A stretch of 64,000 nucleotides of DNA from Octopus sinensis (lineage: Eukaryota), in NCBI RefSeq assembly GCF_006345805.1, contig NC_043002.1:56234001-56298000 (forward strand). Direction: 5' to 3'. This document shows, piece by piece, positions 1 through 12,753 of this stretch. Each line of letters begins with the position of its first letter. The stretch's first letter is position 1. The notes beneath the pieces were generated by a model. That model made no database searches and was not told where the DNA came from. It saw nothing but the letters and a program-made list of their open reading frames with translations. A program made the translations under genes and the position numbers.

Positions 1-596
1 TGCTTAGCGGTTTTTCATCTGCTGTTACATTCCAAGTTCAAATTCCACGAAGGTTGACTTTGCCTTTCATCCTTTCAGGATTGATTAAATAAGTACCAGC
101 TACACACTGGGGTCAAATGTAATCGACTTAATCCCTTTGTCTGTCCTTGTTTGTCCCCTCTATGTTTAGCCCCCTGTGAGCAATAAAGAAATTAACATAT
201 AAATACTTCCAACCAATCAACTAATCAATGTAGCTGTCAGTACAGTGTTAAATCATTGTGTAATGATCTTGAGCACCCCCTACATCCATATATGTAACAA
301 CAAAACACTGCACATATAACATGGTGCATGATGTAGTAAAGAAAGAATGGACAGCTCAAATTTTTATGCTACATGTGTTTCCATAGCATGGCTATTTATT
401 CCATAATGTGTATATTATATATTATAGAACATTACATTATTGCATGAGCATCATTATGTGTTTTTACACAATAATGTAAAGTTATGTAATGTGTAGTGTA
501 TGCATTATTGACTAAACGGTCATGCTATGAAGCTCATGTAGCAAAAAATTTGAGCTGTCCATTCTCAATCCTTTATATTATATATATATATATATA

Positions 597-984
597 GGCG
601 TAGGAGTGGCTGTGTGGTAAGTAGCTTGCTTACGAACCACATGGTTCTGGGTTCAGTCCTACTGCGTGGCACTTTGAGCAAGTGTTTTCTATTATAGCCT
701 CAGGCTGACCAAAGCCTTGTGAGTGGATTTGGTAGACGGAAACTGAAAGAAGCCCGTTGTATATATGTATGTATATGTGTGTCTGTGTCTCTCCCCCCAA
801 CATCGCTTGATAACCAATGCTGGTGTGTTTAAGCCCCTGTAACTTAGCAGTTCAGCAAAAGAGACCGATAGAATAAGTACTAGGCTTACAAAGAATAAGC
901 TCTGGGGTCGATTTGCTTGACTACATGTGGTGCTCCAGCATGGCCACAGTCAAATGACTGAAACAAGTAAAAGAGTAAAGAGTA
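597..984 (+). mobile_element. tRNA-derived SINE, family A (CORE-like central segment), near full length. About 25 further full or partial copies occur, e.g. 22546-22953(-), 36945-37285(+), 37330-37675(-), 60315-60665(+).
   Basis: Box A-like TGGCTGTGTGG and box B-like GGTTCAGTCC, then a CTTGGGCAAGTG core, an internal (TA/TG)n tract and an (AAAGAGT)n tail; many dispersed similar copies. Confidence 0.85.
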
Positions 985-1185
985 ATATATATTCTCTGTT
1001 TTCTGACTGGGGTATCCATATATCTACTCTACAGAAAGACACCTATATCTGTCCCCTATATACCTTAAATCTCTCAACTGGTACAAAGCCGTATCCCTTT
1101 AATACTACTCCATCCTCCCTGTTGGAGGAATTTTGTCTTGCAAGTTACTTGGTAACCCTGGTGTCAGATGATAGTACACTCTGTA

Positions 1186-1345
1186 GAGTTGGTGGCACAT
1201 GGCTCAGTGGTTAAGGCGTTGGACTCATGATCACAAGATTGTGGTTTCAATTCCTGGACCAGGTAATGCTTTGTGTTCTTGAGCAAAACACGTCCTTTCA
1301 CATTGCTCTTATCCACTCATCTGGTAAAAATGAGTCCATCCAGGG
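1186..1345 (+). mobile_element. tRNA-derived SINE fragment (family E head)
   Basis: TGGCTCAGTGG box A and GGTTTCAATTCC box B-like, followed by a CTTGAGCAAAAC core. Confidence 0.65.
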
Positions 1346-1898
1346 AGGAATATGTGTACACCAGAGAAACCAGGAAACTGGCCTTGTGCTCCTGATGTAG
1401 TGGTGTAAGACTATCTGTAACACTCTGTAAAGTGTTTGGCATTAGGAAGGGCATCCAGCCATAGAGACCCTACCAAAACAGACAACCTGGGGCAGCTGCT
1501 GGCCTTGCCGGCTTGTGTCAAACTGTGCGACTCATACCTGCAGGGAAAATGGACGTTAAACAATGATGGCTATTCTAGTTTATTGATAGAGAAGAATAAA
1601 AGTGACTGTTGGTTCATTTACATAGTGGGTGTCAAGACAAGAGCACACACACAATATACAACAGGCTTCTCTTAGGTTCCATTTATCAAATGTACTCACA
1701 AGACATTAGTTGGCCTAGAGCTATAATAGAAAGCACTTGCAAAGGTTCCTCACAGTGAAACTGATCCTAAAACCTTGTGGTTGGGAAGCAAAGTACTGAA
1801 CCACACAGCCACACCTGTGTCTATTTATTTATTTATCTATGTTATATTTGTTTGTTATATTTTATATTTATTTATGTTATATTTATGTTGTATTTTAG

Positions 1899-1990
1899 GA
1901 AACTGCTTTAGAAGTGCAACAGAAAGAAAGAACAGATCAAACTTTCTCCAGAGATTGTCTCTTCTGCAGAGAACATTTCTTAGGCAATAG
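1899..1990 (+). CDS. ZNF277: ZNF277 exon (ETALEVQQKERTDQTFSRDCLFCREHFLGN-R)
   Basis: tattttag|GAAACT...AATAG|gtaaga; 92 nt, phase 0 to 2. Confidence 0.93.
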
Positions 1991-4900
1991 GTAAGACCAC
2001 CACATCACATTGTGTATATTAGCAGAATGATTAAAAGCTGTCAATAATGTTCAGAAGACTTTACAGAATAATTGATAGCTTCTGTTACCTAGGTAACTTA
2101 ATCAGCAGTTGGGGAGTGTGTATTGAAAGTGTGGTGGTGGTGGCCAGAATTAGAATTTAAGGCAGCGAGCTGGCAGAAACATTAGCACACCAAGCAAAAT
2201 GCTTAGTGGTATTTCATCTGCCGTTACGTTCAGAGTTCAAATACTACTGAGGTTGACTTTGCCTTTCATCCTTTCGGGGTTGATAAATTAATTACCACTT
2301 ATGCACTGGGGTTGATGTAATCGACTTAATCCCTTTGTCTGTCCTTGTTTGTCCCCTCTGTGTTTAGCCCCTTGTGGGCAATAAATAAATAAGAATTAGA
2401 ATGGGATGGGAAAAGTTCAGGAGAGAATTGTTGCCTTTAAGGACAAGGGTATTCTCTCTCTCTTTCTCTCTCTCTCCACCCCCAAGTGAAGGGTAGATTG
2501 TATGATGGTTGTGTACCAGCTGCCTTTGACTGTGGAGGATTTGCAAAAGTTGAAAAGAAAGAAAGAAAGCCTGGTTCACTGGATGTGTAATGTTATGATG
2601 AAGCATTGAGGAATAGAATGAGCTGAGAGAAAATCTGGGTTTAACCCATTTGTTACCATATTTCTGTAGAGATGTTCTGTGTTTCTTTCAATTAATTTTA
2701 AATAAAACAAAGAATTTAGTAAAATAACTTAGGTTATCATTAAGCTAGTGTTAGGAACATAAATTGTGACTAAGGTTTGGTGGAAGATTTTAATTCAGAA
2801 CTTTTGAAAACAAGACATTTGTATTACAGAGCCAGAGGCAGTTTCAGGCTGGTTGGTATTGAAAGGGTTAAGAGGGGTCAGTTGTTGTATGGATGATAAG
2901 TGAGTGTAAAAGTGCCAGATTTATGTGGAAGGATCCAATTGAAGAGGATGGACCAAGGAAGACATAAGCAGAAGTGAAAGCTGACCATAGAAAACTGAAC
3001 CAAACAAAGGAGATGATTAAGGAACACAAGAAGTAGGATGGTATTCTGGAAATGACACCGTTTTGCCTGGAACTGCCTCTGGTTCTATGATGCAAACTTA
3101 CTGCTTGAAAGTGAACTAAATTAAAATTTCCTATTTATGTTCAAAACACCAGCTTTAGGCACAAGGCCAGCAATTTCAGGGTAGGGTATTAGTCAATTAC
3201 GTCAACCCTAGTAAGCAACTGGTACTTCTTTTATCGACCCTGAAAGGATGAAAGGCAAAGTCAACCTCGGTGAAATTTGAACTCAAAACTTCAAGACAGA
3301 TGGTAATGCAGCTAAACATTTTGCTCTGCTTGTTAAGCATTCTGCCAGCTGACTACCTTTAAACACCAGCTAACCCATTAACTACCAAATTTTTTTATTC
3401 ATATTTTTTTACTTTGCCAGGTGTCTTAGGAGTTAAAATAATATAAAGTATTTAAATTTTCTTCATATATGAATTATTTTGGAAATTATGATAAATTTTT
3501 TCAAAAAGTCCCAAATGGGGATCGCTGACAAGAAGCATATTTATCCGTTTCTATTCAATTGCAATAATAAACATTTTAGTTTTTTTGAAACTATTGTATC
3601 AAATACGAATGTGTATGAAATATCAATGAATGATATAGATGGGAAATGCAAAAAAGAAAAAAAAAATGACGTTTTTAAAATGGTCAATATTTTTTTGTAG
3701 TTCAAAAATTGCGATTTATGACATAAAATGTCCTCTGGAATTAGCCAGAGCTGATAATGACAAACTTTCATTACTAAATCTCGTTAAACACACCTCTGCA
3801 AATGCAGTGTACATAAGCAATTCACTTTGAATACAACGAACAACCGGCATTGATACTGTTTTTAGCAGATCCCTAAATGGGGCTCATGGCTGACAATGGG
3901 TTAATAATGACAAAGTTATTTTATTAAATTCTTCATTGTTTTTGAAATTTATTGATACAAAGTCCGTATATTTCAACAGAAAAGTGGTATCAAAAGGGTT
4001 TAAAAGATTCCTAATTAGTGACAGTCCAGTTCTTGGACCATATCTTTTCAGTAGCCTCTCAGAAATAATATTCACACTAAAAGTCAAGTTAAAGACATAC
4101 TTATTGGAGAGAGGAAGAAAAATATAATTATTTCAAATTACTTTTGTGACAAGGAAGAAAAAACTTTACGTGTCAGCATGACCATGTTGTAAGAAGCTTG
4201 CTTCCCAATCACATGGTTCTGGGTTCAGTCCCACTGCGTGGCACCCTGGGCAAATGTTTTCTTCTGTATCCTTGGGCCAACCAAAACCTTATGAGTGGAT
4301 TTAGTAGATGAAAACTGAGAGAAACCCATTATAAATATATATTTCTTTATAGCCCACAGGGGGCTAAACATAGAGGAGACAAACATGGACAGGCAAAGGG
4401 ATTAAGTCAATTACATCGGCCCCAGTGCACAACTGGTACTTATTTAATCGACCCTGGAAGGATGAAAGGCAAAGTCAACCATGACAGAATTTCAACTCAG
4501 AACATAATGGCAGACAAAATATCGCTAAGCATTTTGCCTGGCATGCTAACGATTCTGCCAGCTCGCCGCCCTCATCATAAGTATATATTGGTGTGTGTAT
4601 GCCTCTGTATCTGTATTTGTCCCCCACCATCACTTGACAACCAGTGTTGGTGTGTTTTCATTCCTGTAACTTAGTGGTTCAGCAAAAGACACCAATAGAA
4701 AAAACACCAGGCTTTTAAAAAAATAAGTACTGGGATGGATTTGCTTGACTAAGATTCTTCAAGGCCCCAGCAAGACCACAATTTAATGATTGAAATAAGT
4801 AAAAGATGGAAGATTAGCTTAATGATCAATATTAATGAAGTCTGATCTTAAATTAGTACAGACAACAGATTGGATATGTTATTAGACATCCAATAGTGAG

Positions 4901-5698
4901 CAAAATTACTTCCGGGTATTTAATGGGTAGATGGTCTTTTGAATGTGTCAGTTCCTCTCTCTCTTTCTCTCCCCTCACTCCCTCTCTTTCCTTTTCCTTC
5001 TCTATCTTATTGTTTTTTTTCCCTCTTTTATTGTCTCTTCTCTCTTCAGATCTGAACTATTCAACCATATGGCATTTGATCACGGTTTCAATGTTGGTCA
5101 ACCAGACAATCTTGGTGAGGCTGTTTCTTCTTTTATCTTAGTCCTTCATTGCTCTTTATAACCCATTCACAGATATTTTCTATCATATCCCTATCTCTAT
5201 CTTTTAGTATGTGTGTGTGTGTGTGTGTATTCACACACATACTGTGTCACCTCATGATAATTGTTGTGGTTTGGATTAAAGCCTGTTCATTCCATCTTCT
5301 TGTATTATACATACATACATACCTATATATATACACATATATATATATCATCATTTAGCATCCACTTTTCATGCTGGCATGGGTGAGACAGTTTGACCAG
5401 AACTGGTGAGCCAGAGTGCTGTACCAGGTTCCAGTCTGATTTGGCAAGGTTTCTATGGCTGGATGCCCTTCCTAACACCAACTACTCCAAGAGTGTAATG
5501 GGTACCTTTTACATGTCACTGGCACACACATATATATAGTGTGGCTTACAGGTACAGCATGACTGTGTAGTAAGAAACTTCTTCCCAACTACATGGTTCC
5601 AGGTTCAGTCCCATTGTGTGATACCTTGGGCAAGTATCTTCTATAACCTCAGACCAACTAAAGCCTTGATAGATGGAAAGCGTGGAAGCTTGTTATGC

Positions 5699-5743
<45 letters not shown>

Positions 5744-8700
5744 GTGTATGTGTTTGTCCCCTACCACTGCTTGATAACCAGTGTTGGTTTGTTTATGTCC
5801 TCACATCTTAAAAGGTTTGGTTAAATAAGCTGATAGAATAAGTACCAGGCTTGTGTGTGTGTATTTTTGTCTTTCTTCATCATGACGTTGCATGGCATTC
5901 CATCGGTTATGACGACGAGGGTTCCAGTTGATCCAATCAACAGAACAGCTTGCTCATGAGATTAACATGCAAGTGGCTGAGCACTCCACAGGCACATGTA
6001 CCCTTAATGTAGTTCTTGGGGAGATTCAGCGTGACACAGAGTGTGACAAGGTTGGCCCTTTGAAATACAGGTACAACAGAAACAGGAAGAAAAAAGTGAG
6101 AGAAAGTTGTGGTGAAAGAGTACAGTAGGGTTCGCCACCACTCCCTGCCAGAGCCTCGTTGAGCTTCATGTGTTTTCACTCAATAAACACTCACAACACC
6201 CGGTCTAGTAATCAAAACCGCGATCCTACGACCGCGAGTTCGCTGCCCTAACCACTAGGCCATTATGCCTCCACGAGAGAGAGAGAGACACACACATACA
6301 TAAACCCATTCCCAGCAGGCTTAGTTTCTGTCCACTGAACAAAGACATTTACTCAAAATGTCACACAGTGAGATTGATCCCAGAATCATGTGATTGGAAA
6401 GGAAGCTTCATGAAGCATACAGCCGCAGCTGTACCTTTGTTAAAAATCATTATTATTTATTATCACACTGGGAGAAATGCTTAGCGTCATTTCGTCTGTC
6501 TTTATGTTCTGAGTTCAAATTCCACCGAGGTCGACTTTACCTTTCCTCCTTTCAGGGTTGATGAATAAAGTAACAGTTGCATACTGGGGTCGATGTAATT
6601 GATTGGCCACCTTCAAAGCCTTGTGCCTAGAGTAGAAATAATTATTATATTATTTATTTTAAAATAATTTAAATAATATGGATGTGTGGTAGGAGTCTGG
6701 CTTCTCAATCACATGGTTCGGGTTCAGTCCCACTGCATGACACCTTGGGCAAATGTCTTCTTCCATAGCTTCAGGCTTACCAAAGCCATGTGTGTGGCTT
6801 TGGTGGATGGAAACAGAAAGAAGCTTGTTGTAGTGTTAGCTGTTAGAAAGGGCTTCCAGCCATAGAAACCATGCCAAAACAGTAATGGGCTGTGGTCAGC
6901 TCCTGTCAGACCATTCAACTCATGCAGCATGGAAAATGGATGTTAAATGATGATGATGATGATGATGATATATACATACAGCTACATAATCCTTTATCTG
7001 GAACCCTTTGGGACAGTTGTGTTTCAAATTTCATATTCTTTTGGACTTCAGAACAAAAGCCAACTGCCCCAGATTATAAATTCGACATCAGAGCAGATGT
7101 CCTACCATGGTAACAAAAGCACATGTGTATGTACTCACAATCAGTGGGAAAAATAAATAATTGTAGGGTAATATAATGGTAAATTAATTAGTGAGATAAT
7201 TAAGATCATAAATAGCAAAATACATTTATTGGGATAATTTAAAACAAAAATACACGATTCACAACTACAGGTATATACATTACCATAATATTTCAGTAGA
7301 TAGAGACACATGGGTATTTACACTAATTTGAATAAAGAAAGATCATAACTGGCATTACAGTTTATTCATATGTGAGTGCCATAAACTGGTTTAAACTAGG
7401 TTAAATGTGTAGCTGCAGTTAAGTTGTAGAACAGGGTCTGTCAGTGTCACCAATGTTGTCGTCAGGTTGCAGGCAAACTTCCAATGATGAGCCAGGAACA
7501 GGATTCTGAAGTGATGAATTAGCTTGACGAGAGGGCATTTTTAAAGACTTCTTCAAGTGTCATCTGTTTCATTAACAAAGGTTTTTGTCTAAGCAATGTC
7601 TCTTTGAGTAAACTCCCATAATCTGCTGCTCACTGATAAATACACATTGTTCTAGGCCATATTTTCACCATATTGTGTATAGGAATTTTTTCGCCTGTGT
7701 TCTCTGTATCATCATCGCTACTGTCTTCATTCTTATCCATATTTAACACCATTTCAGCAATTTCCCCATCACTCAAAGAATGCACAACAGATGCGTCATT
7801 GTCAATGCTAGGCATTTCTTCAATGTTCACTTCTTCTAGATCACTTATGCTCCTGCACAATAAACTTTTAGCATAAGTTACGAATTCTAGTATCTTCTCA
7901 TTAGCGATACAAAATCATCAAACATCATTATTGGCCATATTCTATGCCAGGTATTTGTTCCTGTGCCAGTGGAACATTAAAAGCACCATTTGAGTGTGAT
8001 CATTGCCAGAGCCGCTAACTGGCTCCTGTGCCAGTGGTACGTAAAAAGTACCATTCAAGCGTGATCGTTGTGAGTGTCACCTTACTGACACGTGCTGGTG
8101 GCATGGGAAAAGCAACATTCGAGCATGGTCGTTGCCAGTGCCACCGGATTGGTTCCCATGCAGGTGGCATGTAAAAAACACCTTTTGAGCGTGGTTGTTG
8201 CCAGTACTGCCTGACTGGCTCTCATGCTGGTGGCATGTAAAAGCACACTCTATACTCTTGGAGTGGTTGGCGTTAGGAAGAGCATCCATCTGTAGAAACT
8301 TTGCCAGATCAGATTGGAGCCTGGTGCAGCCTCCTGGCTCACCAATCCTCATCCAACCCATGCCAGTATGGAAAGCGGACGTTAAACGACAATGATGGTG
8401 ATGATTCCAAGCATTTGCAACTACGTAGATGGCATCCTTGACAGGGAACTCTTTCAGGTAGTCTTGCTTTCTTAATCCTTTGTTAACTGCATCAAGCACA
8501 CAGCTTGTAAAATTCCTTGGTCACAAGGCTGTAAAATAGTTGTCACATTGGGAGGCAAATAGAGCAGTTGTCCAGGAACAATAGAATTTTAGTCCTCTTC
8601 TAGTCCAGCTTTCCTACAATGAGTTCATGCCATTGGTACAAAGTAATTATTGAACCAGTCAGAAAATAATTTTCGGGATTACCCAATCTTTCTTCTTTGT

Positions 8701-9738
8701 GTAATAATGCACAGGTAAATTAACTATGCTATTCAGACATCTCAGATGTTGGCTTTTCCCAATGTCTGCCGACTTCACCTTGTGCGTGCCTGCAGCATTA
8801 AAATACCCAAGGATAGTTAACCTTTCCTTGGCATCCTTAAAACCTGTCGGTGCTATCTCATCTGCCATTGTTAAGGATTTTCTTGGCACATAGCGCCTGT
8901 ACAAAGCTGTTTTATCAGCATTATAAATTTGTTCAAGAGAAAGGTTTTCATTAGATATGATCTTGGCAAATTCATCTTTATAATTTTCCACAGCTTCATA
9001 ATCAGCAGAAACCTTTTCACCACTGATTTTCAGATATTTTACACCATGGCACTTCTGAATATTGATATTCTCCTTCAATGTTCAGTTTTTTATACTATAT
9101 TCCAGCTTGTTTCATGACCAACAAACTATTCAGTGACATATCTTCCCTTCTTCATTATTGAATCCATTCTATCACTGCACGATCAAAAATCTTCGTTTTT
9201 TGCCCTATGTAATGTTTTCTATTTTCATTAGTTTGTGACCACCACTCTCACTATTCTGTAAATCATACACAGTGCTAGTTCCAACACCATATTCTTCAGT
9301 GAGCCGCTGCACAATGATGTTTCCTTTTCTTTTTCTTACTGTTATCAAGTTTCTGTAGTGGCTCCACTTTCTCCATTATTAATAATGATGTTTCCTTTTC
9401 TTTTTCTTACTGTTATCCATTAGGGTCTCTGCAGTTCTTTTTGACATCTCCAGGGTAAATTCTATACTAAGTCACAAGAAACAACACGAAGACATCAAAC
9501 AGCAAATGGACACCTCTCTACAAGTAGTGAGCCACATTTGATGCTTGGTGGTAAATGGCGGTCAATCTGCCAAGTGTTACCACATCATACCTGGGTGAGT
9601 CAGGTCACAGTGGTCAACTGTTTGCACACCAAATGACTCATTATGATGTGCTCCACCTTCCGCAAATAAACTCAGTTTTTGGTGCTTTTCGGATTTTAGA
9701 TTTCTGGATAAAGGATTATGTACCTGTGTGTATATGTA

Positions 9739-9775
<37 letters not shown>

Positions 9776-10952
9776 GTGTGCATATGTCTGTGTTTGCCCC
9801 ACTACTTGACAACCAGTGTTGGTTTGTTTATCTCCTCATAGCTTAGCTGTTCAGCAAAAGAGACTAATAGATTCAGTACCAGGTCTAAAAGCAAAATAAG
9901 TATTGGGATTAATTCATTCAACTAAAATCTTCACGGTGGTGCCCCAGCACGGCCACAGTCTAATAATTGAACCAAATAAAGAGAGAAGATTTCTGAAAGT
10001 CTTTCATTGCTGGCATATATTTAATATTTGGTTGAATTCCTTGTCTTTGCAGTATTCGTCTCAGAGTTTTTAGACAAATTACAACAAAAGTTAGACAAGT
10101 AAGTGACAATCATTTTATTCAAAGGTCACAAAAAGAGAAAAAAGAGACGTCTGGCTTATAAACTGTCCCCACTTCAGATATGTGTGTATGTGTGCGTGTA
10201 TGTATCCATTTATGTATATGTATGCCTGTAGATATATATATGTGTGTGTATGTATATATATATATAAAAACAATGGAAATAGTAGTTGTGATACCTGTGC
10301 CGGTGGCACATAAAAAGCACCATCCGAATGTGGCCGATGCCAGCGCCGCTTCGACTGGCTTCTGTGCCGGTGGCACATAAAAAGCACCATCCGAATGTGG
10401 CCAATGCCAGCCCCGCCTTGGCTGGCTTCCGTGTCGGTGGCACGTTAAAAGCACCAACCGATCGTGGCCGATGCCAGACTCCCCTGGCACCTGTGCAGGT
10501 GGCACGTAAAAAGCACCCACTACACTCGCGGAGTAGTTGGCGTTAGGAAGGGCATCCAGCTGTAGAAACACTGCCAGATCAGACTGGAGCCTGGTGCAGC
10601 CCCTGGCTTCCCAGACCCCGGTCGAACCATCCAACCCATGCTAGCGCGGAAAACGGACATTAAACGATGATGATGATGATACCATGCACACACACACACA
10701 CACATCTTTACCTCTGCATGTACTCACTACATTTATTAAAAAGCAGCAAAAATATCCATTCCCGTTCGTCGGACAGTTTTGATTTAGAATGGAACAAAAA
10801 TAAGGTTATATGTATACAATTACTTTGATAGATACACATTTTTTGTAATAGTTTTTATGATACATCTGCTGCTTTTTAATAAAGCTCCTTACTCTACCTC
10901 TGGTATTCGAGTACTAATTTTCCACCTTGTTTTGCATTTATGTGCTTACTCT

Positions 10953-11010
<58 letters not shown>

Positions 11011-12704
11011 TATATATACTAGCAGTATAGCCTGGCTTTGCTCGGGATTAAGTTAGATTATTAAGCTAATCAAGCTCTTTATTTCAAAGCAAACTAAGTA
11101 ACATCGACGTCAAATTTGAGTGAAACCCGTTGAAATTGGTAAACTTTTGGCTGCGATTTTGCAGACAATTTGATTGGAAATCCCATAAGGAATCAGTTTA
11201 TCGATTTTTTTTTTTTCCACTCATCAATTGTTTTTTGTTTTGTTTTATTTTTCATGTAACCCCACTTTGCCCATCGGTTGAGAACCCTTCCAGCAAAGAA
11301 AATAAAACGCCCAAAAGGGCCCCCGATCCTCTGTGTGAGAAGCGGTTATGTTCAGATCACAACTAAGTTTATATATATGGGCAACACACACACACACACA
11401 CAAGCATATACGTACATACACCTATTGCATACATGTTTTTGCACACTTTTGCCCCTTCCACTGTCCTACCACCACCTCCTACCCGAGTAATACCATCAAT
11501 TGAAGCAAATTTGGCACCCGGAAGTAAGTTTTGTAACAGGAATAGAGAAGCCTACCTTCTCCCATAGAGATATGAAAGTCATATCTCTCCTTTCAAAAAC
11601 ATGAACAGTTTCAAAACATTGTTTGCGAAGGAGCGTGTCTACAGTCAACACGTAAGTCTTTTGCTCTGGTAACCTCTGCTCTCTCCCATGTTCACGCACG
11701 ACCAGCTATATATCGCTGTGAGTAGAGCAACGGATTCAGCTAATTTGGAAATTAGTTGTGGAGAAACGGAGAATATCGTTTATGTTGCTCGTATATATAT
11801 ATATATACGGGCAATACACACACATTGCACACAAGTGTTTTGTACTCATACAAGCTCGTGTGTATCATCATCATCATCGTTTAACGTCCGTTCTCCATGC
11901 TAGCATGGGTTGGACGGTTCGACCGGGGATCTGGGAAGCCAGAAGGCTGCACCAGGCTCCAGTCTTATCTGGCAGTGTTTCTACAGCTGGATGCCCTTCC
12001 TAACGCCAACCACTCCGTGAGTGTAGTGGGTGCTTTTTACGTGCCACCTGCACAGGTGCCAGGCGAGGCTGGCAACGGCCATGGTCGGATTGGTGTATTT
12101 TATGTGCCACTGGCATGGAAGCCAGACGAGGCGGTGCTGGCATCGGCCACGAGTCGGATGGTGCTTTTTACGTACCACCAGACCAGGGATCCTGGCTGGT
12201 TCAATTCGATTTCGATTTCCCTAACATGTCTTCGCAAGCAAGGGGGTTGGCATGGGTGCCTGTTGTACAGTCAGATTGGTGTATTTTACGTGCCACCGGC
12301 ACGGAAGCCAGTGGAGGCGGCGCTGGCATCGGCCATGAGTCGGATAGTGCTTTTTACGTACCACCAGACCAGGGAACCTGGCTGGTTCAATTCGATTTCG
12401 CTTGCCCCAACATGTCTTCGCAAGCAAGGGGGGTTGGCATGGGTGCCTGTCGTACGGTCAGATTGGTGTATTTTACGTGCCACTGGCACAGAAGCCAGTG
12501 GAGGCGGCGCTGGCATCGGCCATGAGTCGGATAGTGCTTTACGTACCACCAGACCAGGGATCCTGGCTGGTTCAATTCGATTTTGACTTCGATTTCGATT
12601 TTGTATGTGTGACTGAATCCATTCACACATACATACATACATACATACATAACAACACCTGTCTCTCTGTTATTGCCAGTAAAAAGACGAAATTTAAAAA
12701 ATCT

Positions 12705-12753
<49 letters not shown>

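Noticed and set aside
597-680. tRNA genes at SINE heads (also 1186, 6200-6272, 23205)
   Set aside because: Box A/B motifs are present but there is no complete cloverleaf, and each continues into a repeat body.
11897-12586. 229-aa ORF and overlapping ORFs (also 10119-10634, 14508-15243, 61127-61531) as novel proteins
   Set aside because: They are translations of the GC-rich family C repeat and its VNTR; the same peptides recur at every copy.
10297-12600. Regularly spaced 67-bp and 186-bp repeats as a CRISPR-like array
   Set aside because: There are no unique spacers, the units are degenerate tandem copies inside a dispersed retroelement, the context is a eukaryotic intron and no cas genes are present.
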